A stretch of DNA of 40,000 bases from an uncultured delta proteobacterium (GCA_963826305.1 CAWGWZ010000004.1:123030-163029), one strand, 5' to 3'; shown: positions 26,568 to 34,942, counted from the first letter of the stretch. Program-made: numbers and translations. The notes: a model not told the origin generated them from the sequence alone.

Positions 26568-26798
26568 TTAAAGTCTTTCCCATTCCTCCAAGGGAATCTT
26601 CTTTTTCAGTCCGAGTTCAATTTCCTTGAGAAGCATTTTAATCTGTGGAATGGAATATTCGGTATTATGGGGCAGGGTCAGTGTAAATGTTCCGTAACGC
26701 ATGTAAAAGTGACGCCCGCCAGGTTCGGGTGAACTAAACCCGAGTTTCTTCAATTTCTTTATAAGATCTCTCCGCTTGCATGGTGCCCATCTACCCAT
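26568..26798 (-). CDS. hicA: HicA-family toxin
   Basis: 76 aa: KRRDLIKKLKKLGFSSPEPGGRHFYMRYGTFTLTLPHNTEYSIPQIKMLLKEI. 8-nt overlap with the upstream hicB-like gene. Confidence 0.85.
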   Translation of the reverse strand: MGRWAPCKRRDLIKKLKKLGFSSPEPGGRHFYMRYGTFTLTLPHNTEYSIPQIKMLLKEIELGLKKKIPLEEWERL

Positions 26799-27054
26799 GA
26801 ACGGTTGCCTCAGCGGGAGTAGGCATTTTCTTATTCAGATTGATTCCACCTATGACAGGCAATTTATCCCCATGTCTTATCTTCACAATCAGCCATCCTT
26901 CAAGTACCGACCTTAATTCTTCCTGACACTGATAAAGTGTTTCTCCAAATCCGATAACGCCAGGACATTGGGGAATGTTTCCAGAATAAGTACCATCCTC
27001 TAATTTTTCATACTCTGCTTTACTCATTGCCTTATCGATATATTCAAGAAGCAT
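26791..27054 (-). CDS. hicB: HicB-like antitoxin
   Basis: 87 aa: ..YSGNIPQCPGVIGFGETLYQCQEELRSVLEGWL. AAAGGAGG lies 8 nt upstream of the ATG. Confidence 0.8.
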   Translation of the reverse strand: MLLEYIDKAMSKAEYEKLEDGTYSGNIPQCPGVIGFGETLYQCQEELRSVLEGWLIVKIRHGDKLPVIGGINLNKKMPTPAEATVHG

Positions 27055-27103
27055 ATTGACGCCTCCTTTACCAAACCGTTGGAAGATTCCCCAACTTCAA
27101 TTT

Positions 27104-27112
27104 ATTATAACA
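27104..27112 (-). promoter_or_regulatory. Extended -10 candidate (TGTTATAAT) for the hicBA cassette
   Basis: An identical TGTTATAAT nonamer about 50 nt upstream of ATG 27054, downstream of Box A copy 4 and Box B. Confidence 0.35.
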
Positions 27113-27144
27113 CCTCTCCTCCACGAACCAAAACCCAAGCCGGC

Positions 27145-27178
27145 CCTGGAGGGAGGTAGTTGAATCCTTTCGCTTTTC
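27145..27178. repeat. Box B copy (diverged)
   Basis: CCTGGAGGGAGGTAGTTGAATCCTTTCGCTTTTC, between Box A copy 4 and the hicB promoter-like TGTTATAAT. Confidence 0.6.
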
Positions 27179-27258
27179 TCTTTCCGTTCGGCCCGTTGGG
27201 AACGTTTAGATCGTTAATCTCATTTATTTCGTTGATTTCGTCTACCTCGTCTATCATA
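27179..27258. repeat. Nonamer array
   Basis: tttccgttcggcccgttgggaacgtttagatcgttaatctcatttatttcgttgatttcgtctacctcgtc. It underlies the spurious ORF 27105..27299 (DEINEINEINDLN). Confidence 0.85.
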
Positions 27259-27264
27259 TTCGGA

Positions 27265-27313
27265 GGCTCCGGGGTTAAACCTTCAAAATTCAATTTCAAT
27301 CGTTGGCAGCGTT
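27265..27313. repeat. Box A copy 4
   Basis: GGCTCCGGGGTTAAACCTTCAAAATTCAATTTCAATCGTTGGCAGCGTT, between the DUF5615 stop and the hicB start. Confidence 0.9.
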
Positions 27314-27413
27314 TGGATCGCTAATACCGTTGGAAGAAACTGAAAGCATAAAGCTGAAAGCTCAAAGTGGATTAATAAAGAATGGTTGCTTAGCTCAGAC
27401 ACCTGAGTACAAC

Positions 27414-27767
27414 TTATTTCCAGGTACTCAAATATTCAAGCCGATTTTTCATGTCATGGGAAGTCAGAGAGAAGTATAACCTCATCAGTCTACGCAAAAC
27501 TATTCCTACTGGCAATTGGTCTGAGAGAATGATCCCTCCATGAAATCTTTCTGCGCTCATCCATCCATGATGAATCCGAGCAAAGTGTCGCTTATTATAT
27601 GAGAACAATGATCGTCTGGCTTCGGCTGCAAACATAAGCTGACCGGAATCCGTAAGACCTATATTCCCGGCTTCTTGGGTTGTGAGAACATCAACCCCTC
27701 TTGCTCTTAACGCTTCGGCAAGCGCTAATTGAATATCTTCGTCGAGGTAGAGAGAAATGTTAGCCAA
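27414..27767 (-). CDS. DUF5615-family PIN-like putative toxin
   Basis: 117 aa: ISLYLDEDIQLALAEALRARGVDVLTTQEAG..SDQ. Directly abuts the DUF433 gene with no gap, the usual DUF433/DUF5615 pairing. Confidence 0.8.
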   Translation of the reverse strand: MANISLYLDEDIQLALAEALRARGVDVLTTQEAGNIGLTDSGQLMFAAEARRSLFSYNKRHFARIHHGWMSAERFHGGIILSDQLPVGIVLRRLMRLYFSLTSHDMKNRLEYLSTWK

Positions 27768-28064
27768 TCAGTATCTTCCACCCGGAAAATTCTTTGATAC
27801 AGCCTCTTCTCTATCTCTTTCAAGCTCCCGGTCTATGACTTCTTTATGATCGAAATAATAAGCCAGCGCATCAAAAATCTGCGCCAGACTGAGGTGAGGA
27901 AGTTCCCTCCGAATTTCCTCCGCCGTCAACCCCATAAGATAATACCCAGCTATATTGCCAACCGAAACTCTGGTCCCCTTAATGACCGGACTACCTCCAC
28001 AAATTTCCTTGTTCACCGCTATATGAAAATGATCGGTCGTCTTTCGGCCCAAAGCTCCCTTCAT
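27768..28064 (-). CDS. DUF433-domain protein (putative antitoxin partner)
   Basis: 98 aa: ..EICGGSPVIKGTRVSVGNIAGYYLMGLTAEEIRRELPHLSLAQIFDALAYY, the characteristic DUF433 core. Confidence 0.85.
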   Translation of the reverse strand: MKGALGRKTTDHFHIAVNKEICGGSPVIKGTRVSVGNIAGYYLMGLTAEEIRRELPHLSLAQIFDALAYYFDHKEVIDRELERDREEAVSKNFPGGRY

Positions 28065-28152
28065 AGACCAACTCCTTCTTTCCTTATTTGAATTTTAGGA
28101 TACCATGGATAACCAAGTTAATCAAGTAATGCTCTAATAGTAAATTTCTCGG

Positions 28153-28239
28153 GTAGAGTAGAGAACTGGCGTAGTGGCTAACGCTCTATCTCCAGCTCCC
28201 CCTCGTCAAACCGTACGTTCAGTTTTCCCGAATACGGCT
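28153..28239 (-). ncRNA. Group II intron domains V and VI (ribozyme catalytic core and branch-site helix)
   Basis: On the minus strand, AAGCCGUAUUCGGGAAAACUGAACGUACGGUUU has the AGC triad, a 2-nt bulge and a GAAA-type loop. It is followed by GAGGGGGAGCUGG...CCAGUUCUCUACUCUAC, which forms a stem with a bulged A. Confidence 0.8.
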
Positions 28240-28245
28240 TTCCGA

Positions 28246-29574
28246 TCATCTTCGTACAGAGGCTTTCGCAGTCTGAGTCCATGGAGCAGTGGTTGGCACC
28301 TTGTAAAGATGCAGATTGTCGTAGAGGTACTGATTTGGATACTGACAATAGCCTCTGTTTTTCTTCGCCTGCTTCCGTCTCAGATAGATGCGGACTCTCT
28401 CTTCCAGAAACCGTTTGACCATGGACAGGTTCCGGCTACAGTTCCCATAGTAAAAGTAACCGACCCATCCCCTTACTGCCTCATTCAATTTCTGGATGAT
28501 CACCTCTTTAGGTAACCTAAGTGTTCTCCGACAGGTTAAAGCCTTTATCTCCGCCTGGATCTGCGCCATGGCTTTCTTTGAGGGCCTGATCAAAGGAAAC
28601 TTCTTCCCTGTCCTGGGACTCTTTGCCATTTCCACGGTGAATCCAAGGAAGTCAAACCGCTCCCTCCAGGTGTTCACCACTCTCGTCTTTTCCTCATTTA
28701 GGTTTAGTCCCAGTTTTCCCAATGTGGCTCCGGTCCCCTTCAAGATCCTCTCGGCGTTTCCGCGACACATCACCACGAAATCGTCTGCGTACCGAATCAG
28801 TCTGGCCTCCATCCTCTCCTCAACCTTCTTCGCCTTCCATAATTTGTCCAGTACGTTAAGATAGATGTTGGCCAGCAGCGGTGATATCACTCCTCCCTGC
28901 GGGGTCCCCCTTGGATTCCCTATGGCTCTACTCTTCCCATCCTCTCCCTCTTCGACCACTGGCGCCTTCAACCACCGCTTGATGAGCCGAAGGATATGCT
29001 TGTCCACGACCCGCTTGGCCACTAACGCCAGTAGCTTATCGTGAGGAATGGTATCAAAATATTTCGAGATGTCAGCATCGATTACCTGATTCTTCCCCAT
29101 GCGAAGCTGTAAGGTAAGGTCATCCATCGCCTGATGGGCATCCCGCTTCGGCCTAAACCCATAGGAATTGTCCTCAAAGTCCGCCTCAAAGATCGGTTCG
29201 ATGACGATCTTCACCGCCATCTGCACCACCCGATCCTTAATCGTCGGTATTCCCAAGGGCCTTCGGCTTCCATCCGACTTCGGAATGTTCACCCTCCTCA
29301 CAGGCATCGGCTTATACACCTTCCCCCTTAGTTCCTCTGCCATCTGTTCAAGGTATCTTTCCACTCCCCCTTGTCTCTTCTCTATGCCTTCAAAGCTCTC
29401 CCCGTCTACTCCCGGTGCTCCTTTGTTGGCTCTCACAAGGCGATAAGCGTGACTCAGGATGTCTCGCCGATATACCTTGTCATAGAGAAGATAGAACCGG
29501 TATTCCTTCTCTTGCTTGGCCTTCCGGTATAGTCTCCTCTGAAGTTCCCGAACCTTTTCTGGAGTTTCAAGCAT
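28246..29574 (-). CDS. Group II intron reverse transcriptase/maturase (no D/En domain)
   Basis: 442 aa with [65 protein letters not shown] (YADD), and maturase X region [11 protein letters not shown]. Confidence 0.95.
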   Translation of the reverse strand: MLETPEKVRELQRRLYRKAKQEKEYRFYLLYDKVYRRDILSHAYRLVRANKGAPGVDGESFEGIEKRQGGVERYLEQMAEELRGKVYKPMPVRRVNIPKSDGSRRPLGIPTIKDRVVQMAVKIVIEPIFEADFEDNSYGFRPKRDAHQAMDDLTLQLRMGKNQVIDADISKYFDTIPHDKLLALVAKRVVDKHILRLIKRWLKAPVVEEGEDGKSRAIGNPRGTPQGGVISPLLANIYLNVLDKLWKAKKVEERMEARLIRYADDFVVMCRGNAERILKGTGATLGKLGLNLNEEKTRVVNTWRERFDFLGFTVEMAKSPRTGKKFPLIRPSKKAMAQIQAEIKALTCRRTLRLPKEVIIQKLNEAVRGWVGYFYYGNCSRNLSMVKRFLEERVRIYLRRKQAKKNRGYCQYPNQYLYDNLHLYKVPTTAPWTQTAKASVRR

Positions 29575-30087
29575 CCCGCAATCTCCTGGCCCTCCCCTCT
29601 TCAGAAACTGATGAAAGTATTGCCCCTTCCCTCTCCTAAGGTTCTGCTCTCCTTAGGATTCAAACGGTACTCCGGGCAACTCCGACTCCCTCACAGACCG
29701 AGTGAAATTTCGTCTCCTTATATCCACCCGTTGCTCTCCTGTATAGCATCTGAAAGGGCCTCCCGTGCTATCCCACATGACTTCCCCTGCGTGTCACCCC
29801 TGCTACCCCGGAAGTCCATCTGTCGGTTCTGGCAGTTTTCGTTAGGACAGATGTCCCAGCCTTCCCCAAACGTCCAAAGGGTCGGCAACTTCGTTCTCAA
29901 TTACGAGGCTACCTATAGGTTCGCTTGCGCTGCAACCCGCAGGATTGCTCAACTCACTCATTGAGCCTTCGTCAGGGAACTCAATGCTTCGGGTTACCCC
30001 TAACATCTCCCTCCAGCTACATGGGCGAACTGCCCAATTCCCATGGCCGGACTTTAACCGGCAAGTCATGCGTTGTACACGGCATAC

Positions 30088-30112
30088 GGACGGGGTTGAA
30101 TCTTTCCACTTG
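30088..30112. repeat. Box B copy, 5' portion, interrupted by the group II intron
   Basis: Gene sense AAGTGGAAAGATTCAACCCCGTCC|intron. After conceptual splicing to CCGAGAAA (28152 downward) the CGTCCCC core of Box B is restored. Confidence 0.65.
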
Positions 30113-30148
30113 TCTCGTTTATTTTGTCTATCACCCCTGTGAAAGGGA

Positions 30149-30262
30149 GAATGTCAAATGTGAAATGTTGAGAGCGTTGAGCTCGTTAATACCGTTGAGA
30201 CCGTTGAGTTCGTTGGGATCGTTGATTGAGTTTGTTGCATTGATAGCGTTCATCGTGTATAT
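30149..30262. repeat. Heptamer (AATGTNA) then nonamer array, flanking the intron 5' exon
   Basis: gaatgtcaaatgtgaaatgttg agagcgtt gagctcgtt aataccgtt gagaccgtt gagttcgtt gggatcgtt gattgagtt tgttgcatt gatagcgtt. It underlies the spurious ORF 30131..30334. Confidence 0.9.
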
Positions 30263-30370
30263 GCGAAAATGCGTCCAAGCGTCGCTGAGTCGATGATCCA
30301 CTGCGGAATGCAGAATGCGTAACAAAACACTCAAAAAGATGGGATAAATAATCTGGCAACATTCAAGAGG

Positions 30371-30637
30371 TTATACCTTGTAAACATTATCATGATGATC
30401 AAAATCAAGCAGCGTCACTATTTTTCTTTCTACATCGATCTCGTAAACTAAAACAAGGGAACCACTAATATGAACCCTGCGCTTATTTTGTAAGGGTTTT
30501 CTTAACGACTTAAATCGATAAGGATCTTCAAGAATATCTCCCACCTTTCTTTCAATTAACCGAAGCATCTCCTTGTCTTTCTTCTGGAGCTTCTTAAATT
30601 TCTTATCCAGTTTTTCTTTAATAGCAAGTCTATACAC
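30371..30637 (-). CDS. RelE/StbE-family type II toxin (mRNA interferase)
   Basis: 88 aa: ..ILEDPYRFKSLRKPLQNKRRVHISGSLVLVYEIDVERKIVTLLDFDHHDNVYK. 1-nt overlap with the upstream small gene. Confidence 0.85.
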   Translation of the reverse strand: MYRLAIKEKLDKKFKKLQKKDKEMLRLIERKVGDILEDPYRFKSLRKPLQNKRRVHISGSLVLVYEIDVERKIVTLLDFDHHDNVYKV

Positions 30638-30825
30638 TATTTTAAGCCGTATCTTTTGCCGAAGTCTTCAACCATGATTGATTTCTCGAGGTCAATATCT
30701 CGCATCCGTAAAATAAAATCATCGCGCAACTCAGGTTCCTCCATAAGACTTTTTTTGATCTCACCCACGTCCCGCTGCAAATCGACTACCTTTTTATAAA
30801 TGGTTTCCAAAGTAATGCTCTTCAT
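30637..30825 (-). CDS. Putative antitoxin of the RelE-like toxin
   Basis: 62-aa charged helical ORF directly upstream, with GGAGGATGA upstream of the ATG. Assigned by position only. Confidence 0.6.
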   Translation of the reverse strand: MKSITLETIYKKVVDLQRDVGEIKKSLMEEPELRDDFILRMRDIDLEKSIMVEDFGKRYGLK

Positions 30826-30947
30826 CGATTCATCCTCCTATACCCATTCCGTCAGTGTATCGAATATATCCTTTTTAGTGATCTCGGCCATCACTCGCCT
30901 CACTGTGTTGGGCTAATGTACCGCAACTCATCAGGTCTATCCAGTAC

Positions 30948-30980
30948 CTCACGGCACGTTGTTCGCTTCTCCCACTCTTC
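30948..30980. repeat. Box B copy (diverged)
   Basis: CTCACGGCACGTTGTTCGCTTCTCCCACTCTTC, upstream (gene sense) of the 30825 cassette. Confidence 0.55.
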
Positions 30981-31066
30981 TCCGGTTAGATCGTTAAGAT
31001 CGTTGAAACTCCTGGGGGACGGTGCAAATGAAAAATGTACAATGTGAAAGCGGGATAATATTTTGG

Positions 31067-31507
31067 CTATTTTAGGGGATTGATGGTTTCAAACCCTATA
31101 GCACTTACAACATCGCAAAGAATGTCATCGGAAGCTACAAATCTCCAGTCTCTTTCTGCAATCAAGCTAAACGTTCCTATTTGAATCGCATCAAGAGTCC
31201 TCAATCGTTTTGTTTTACCAAATCGCTGCAATAAATCTTCTGCCTCTCCAAGAATGGCGTGCCCCAGAGGTTCAACATTAAAAGAGCGAATCTGTTCTTC
31301 AAATCCAATCATGGCTTTTCGCAACTGTTCCTCATTGATTTCTTGATTCCTTAACCTTCGAAATAGGGTGCTGAGAAATTCAGTCTTAGAAAGTTCTGAA
31401 ATCCAAATTTGATTATCCTCTGAAAGGATGAGATCTGTAACCAGTGGAGATCCTTTTTCTTCATGGAAAAACTTTACAAGGGCTGATGTATCAAAAAATA
31501 GGATCAT
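31067..31507 (-). CDS. vapC: PIN-domain toxin VapC
   Basis: MILFFDTSALVKFF.., ..ISELSKTEFLS.., ..LRTLDAIQIG.., ..VASDDIL. These are the PIN acidic residues. ATGA overlap with the upstream gene. Confidence 0.9.
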   Translation of the reverse strand: MILFFDTSALVKFFHEEKGSPLVTDLILSEDNQIWISELSKTEFLSTLFRRLRNQEINEEQLRKAMIGFEEQIRSFNVEPLGHAILGEAEDLLQRFGKTKRLRTLDAIQIGTFSLIAERDWRFVASDDILCDVVSAIGFETINPLK

Positions 31508-31725
31508 CCTCGGTCCTCTCTAAGAGAGAGAATGTCTTCACTCAACGATCCTTTACATGATTTCAATGCCTCCCGCACTCTGACATAGGGTGGAGTTATT
31601 TCTCCTTTTGTTTTTTTATCCAAATCCCGTTTCAAGGAGAGGATGAGGTCATATACTTTTAAAAGATCATCGGGTTTTAATCCTTCCAGTTCTTTTATGG
31701 TCTTATCTTTCATTTTCATATTCAA
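31504..31725 (-). CDS. Putative VapB-type antitoxin
   Basis: 73-aa ORF overlapping vapC by 4 nt, with GGAGAG upstream of the ATG. Assigned by position. Confidence 0.6.
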   Translation of the reverse strand: MNMKMKDKTIKELEGLKPDDLLKVYDLILSLKRDLDKKTKGEITPPYVRVREALKSCKGSLSEDILSLREDRG

Positions 31726-31850
31726 CTCTCCTAAATTCGATTAGAGACGTACAAATATTCTATCCCATATCCTTAGAATATTGTCAAATTGGTCGGATTT
31801 GTTGCCTATGCTCGTCACACAGAGGACGCTGGCTCTAAAACAACTTGCCT

Positions 31851-32062
31851 CGTTTGAACCGTTAAGAGCGTTCAGGTCGTTTGGAACAAGCTGAAAGTTC
31901 AAAGCTCAAGGCTCAAAGGGGATTAAGGAAATCTGGGAGACCTTGTTGAATTCTTTCGCTATTTTCTTCCTGTTAGAGCCGTTGAGTTCGTTCAGACCCC
32001 TAATACCGTTGGGATCGTTGAGAACGCTAACCGTTTAGGTCGTTCGGATCGGTGCTCGTTAA
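31851..32062. repeat. Composite 9-mer/7-mer blocks flanking a Box B copy
   Basis: cgtttgaaccgttaagagcgttcaggtcgtttggaacaagctgaaagttcaaagctcaaggctcaaagg ... gttagagccgttgagttcgttcagacccctaataccgttgggatcgttgagaacgctaaccgtttaggtcgttcggatcgg. Confidence 0.85.
31933..31966. repeat. Box B copy (diverged)
   Basis: CTGGGAGACCTTGTTGAATTCTTTCGCTATTTTC, between the fcl stop and the first TA cassette. Confidence 0.6.
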
Positions 32063-32085
32063 CTTCATCGGAACATCGCATACCG

Positions 32086-33030
32086 TCATCCGTAGTTTTT
32101 AAGAAAATCTTGATAAGTTAAGCGAAGGCCATCCTTAAGTGAAGTTTTGTACTTCCATCCCATGCCGCGGAGAAATGAAACATCCAGCAGCTTCTGGGGC
32201 ATGCCGTCCGGCTTCGTGGTATCCCACCTTATTTCGGCCTGGTAACCTACCACCTCTGCTACCATTTTAGTCAGTTCACGAATGGTGATGTCCTCACCCG
32301 TGCCAATATTTATAAATTCGTGAGGAATGAGTTGTGAAGCGTCAACTCTTTCCATAAGGAAAACGCAAGCGTCAGCCATATCCTCGCTGTACATGAACTC
32401 CCGCCGGGGGCTGCCAGTGCCCCACGCTTCCACGAATGGACGTCCATCAGTCTTTGCTTCATGGAAACGTCTTATCAAACCAGGTAGGACGTGGGAGTTC
32501 ATGGGGTCATAGTTGTCGTTGGGTCCATAAAGATCGGTTGGCATGACTGACACGAAGTTGGTTCCATATTGACGGTTATACGATTGACATAATTTTATGC
32601 CGGCAATCTTGGCGATTGCATAGGGCTCGTTGGTAGGTTCAAGGGACCCCGAAAGAAGGTATTCCTCTCTCATGGGTTGGGGGGCGAGCCTGGGATAGAT
32701 GCAGGAACTGCCTAGAAACAGCAACTTTTCCACCCCAAACAAGTAGGCACTATGCACTACATTATTCTGAATCATTAAGTTGTTGTAAATAAAGTCAGCA
32801 GGATAGGTGCTGTTGGCATAAATCCCTCCCACCTTGGCCGCAGCCAGAAAGACGTATTCCGGTTTCTCACGCTGGAATAACTCGCTTACGTCTTTCTGAA
32901 TTTCGAGATCTAATTCCTGGTCAGTCCGTAGTATAAAGTTGCCATACCCAAGTGACTGGAGCCTTCGGAGAATGGCGGAGCCAGCCAAACCCATATGACC
33001 AGCTATGTAGATTTTGGAAGATTTGTCCAT
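32086..33030 (-). CDS. fcl: GDP-L-fucose synthase (GDP-4-keto-6-deoxy-D-mannose 3,5-epimerase/4-reductase)
   Basis: 314 aa collinear with E. coli Fcl/WcaG as I remember it: [86 protein letters not shown]. Confidence 0.95.
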   Translation of the reverse strand: MDKSSKIYIAGHMGLAGSAILRRLQSLGYGNFILRTDQELDLEIQKDVSELFQREKPEYVFLAAAKVGGIYANSTYPADFIYNNLMIQNNVVHSAYLFGVEKLLFLGSSCIYPRLAPQPMREEYLLSGSLEPTNEPYAIAKIAGIKLCQSYNRQYGTNFVSVMPTDLYGPNDNYDPMNSHVLPGLIRRFHEAKTDGRPFVEAWGTGSPRREFMYSEDMADACVFLMERVDASQLIPHEFINIGTGEDITIRELTKMVAEVVGYQAEIRWDTTKPDGMPQKLLDVSFLRGMGWKYKTSLKDGLRLTYQDFLKNYG

Positions 33031-33034
33031 AGTG

Positions 33035-33056
33035 TTTGAGGTTGGAGGTTAGAGGG
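33035..33056. repeat. Heptamer array (TTNGAGG / CCTCNAA family) between the fcl start and the four-helix-bundle gene stop
   Basis: tttgagg ttggagg ttagagg. Confidence 0.8.
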
Positions 33057-33102
33057 ATCCTATAAAATCCCTAAATGATCGAGGCTTAAGGTCAGAGGTA
33101 AA

Positions 33103-33534
33103 TTATTCCGCCCCTCTTCTGCTACCTCTAAGTGAGTTCATCAAACCGTTAAGTTTTCGGTCAATTTGCTCCCCCCTTGCCCTTACTTCCAAAGAATCTT
33201 CTTCGGAGAATAATTTTTTCCTATGAAAAACTTCATTAAGAGTGATCGTTTCGTAAAGGGAGCCTTGGGATATGCTAAGGAATTGAATAAACTCTTTTTT
33301 ATATTGCCGGCCTTTCCCCTCCGCAATGTTTTGGCACACCGACACAACAGCACCTTCCATCTGGGATACCAAGCGAGCGTGCTTACTTAAGGGGATTGGT
33401 TCAAGCAGTCCTAGGACGTAGTCCGCCATATCAACAGCCATTTGATACACATCGAGCTTTTCAAAGGGAAACACGTAAGTTGATCCAGGATTGAGGGCTG
33501 AGGTTCTTTCTGGAATGGTATTATCTCTTTTCAT
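33103..33534 (-). CDS. Four-helix-bundle protein (23S rRNA intervening-sequence protein family; same fold family as DGR Avd)
   Basis: 143 aa: FEKLDVYQMAVDMADYV.., ..NIAEGKGRQYKKEFIQFLSISQGSLYETITL.., the family signature. Sits between gmd and fcl. Confidence 0.85.
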   Translation of the reverse strand: MKRDNTIPERTSALNPGSTYVFPFEKLDVYQMAVDMADYVLGLLEPIPLSKHARLVSQMEGAVVSVCQNIAEGKGRQYKKEFIQFLSISQGSLYETITLNEVFHRKKLFSEEDSLEVRARGEQIDRKLNGLMNSLRGSRRGAE

Positions 33535-33555
33535 TCAGCTTTCTTCCTCAAACCT

Positions 33556-34680
<1,125 letters not shown>

Positions 34681-34693
34681 ATCAAAACCTCTC

Positions 34694-34890
34694 GGTAATT
34701 GGTAATTAAGTTATTGGGCCATTGGGTCAACTATAAGCTCAAAGCTGAAGGCTCAAGGCTGAAGTTCGGGGCTGAAGGCTCAAAGCGAATAAAACAGTCA
34801 TTAGATCAATAGGTCATTGGGTCAATCGTAGCTCAAGGCTCAAAGCTGAAAGCTCGAAGCTCAAAGTGTAAATGGTCATTGAGTCATTGC
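34694..34890. repeat. About 200-bp spacer made almost entirely of 8-mers (GTCATTGR) and 7-mers (AGCTSAA/GGCTSAA)
   Basis: ggtaattggtaattaagttattgggccattgggtcaactataagctcaaagctgaaggctcaaggctgaag..ggtcattgggtcaatcgtagctcaaggctcaaagctgaaagctcgaagctcaaag..ggtcattgagtcattgc. Confidence 0.9.
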
Positions 34891-34942
34891 GCCGTTACGT
34901 CTCAGACTCGTCAGACCGTGTAAAACATTAAAACCCTATATG

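Larger units (their letters stand above)
28153..30087 (-). mobile_element. Group II intron (about 1.9 kb, En-minus RT/maturase), inserted in the leader upstream of the DUF433 cassette
   Basis: RT/maturase ORF in domain IV. Domain V at 28209-28239. Domain VI has a bulged A 7 nt from the 3' end (28159) and ends ..CUAC at 28153. The 5' end is GUAUGCC at 30087, supported by exon CAACCC|CGUCC (30098-30088) pairing with intron GGGUUG (29933-29938) and GGACG (29871-29875). The 5' boundary could instead be GUGUAC at 30080. Confidence 0.85.

Noticed and set aside
22873-32085. Classical integron cassette array with attC sites
   Set aside because: No intI in the window. The junction boxes lack the R''/L''-L'/R' inverted-core architecture of attC; the GTT-containing units are direct 9-mer tandems. 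Cassettes appear to carry their own promoters. Only the overall logic is kept as an analogy.
28246-33534. Diversity-generating retroelement (RT plus Avd-like four-helix-bundle protein)
   Set aside because: The RT has a maturase X domain and is embedded in a ribozyme with domains V/VI, so it is a group II intron. The four-helix-bundle gene is 3.5 kb away. I saw no template/variable repeat pair.
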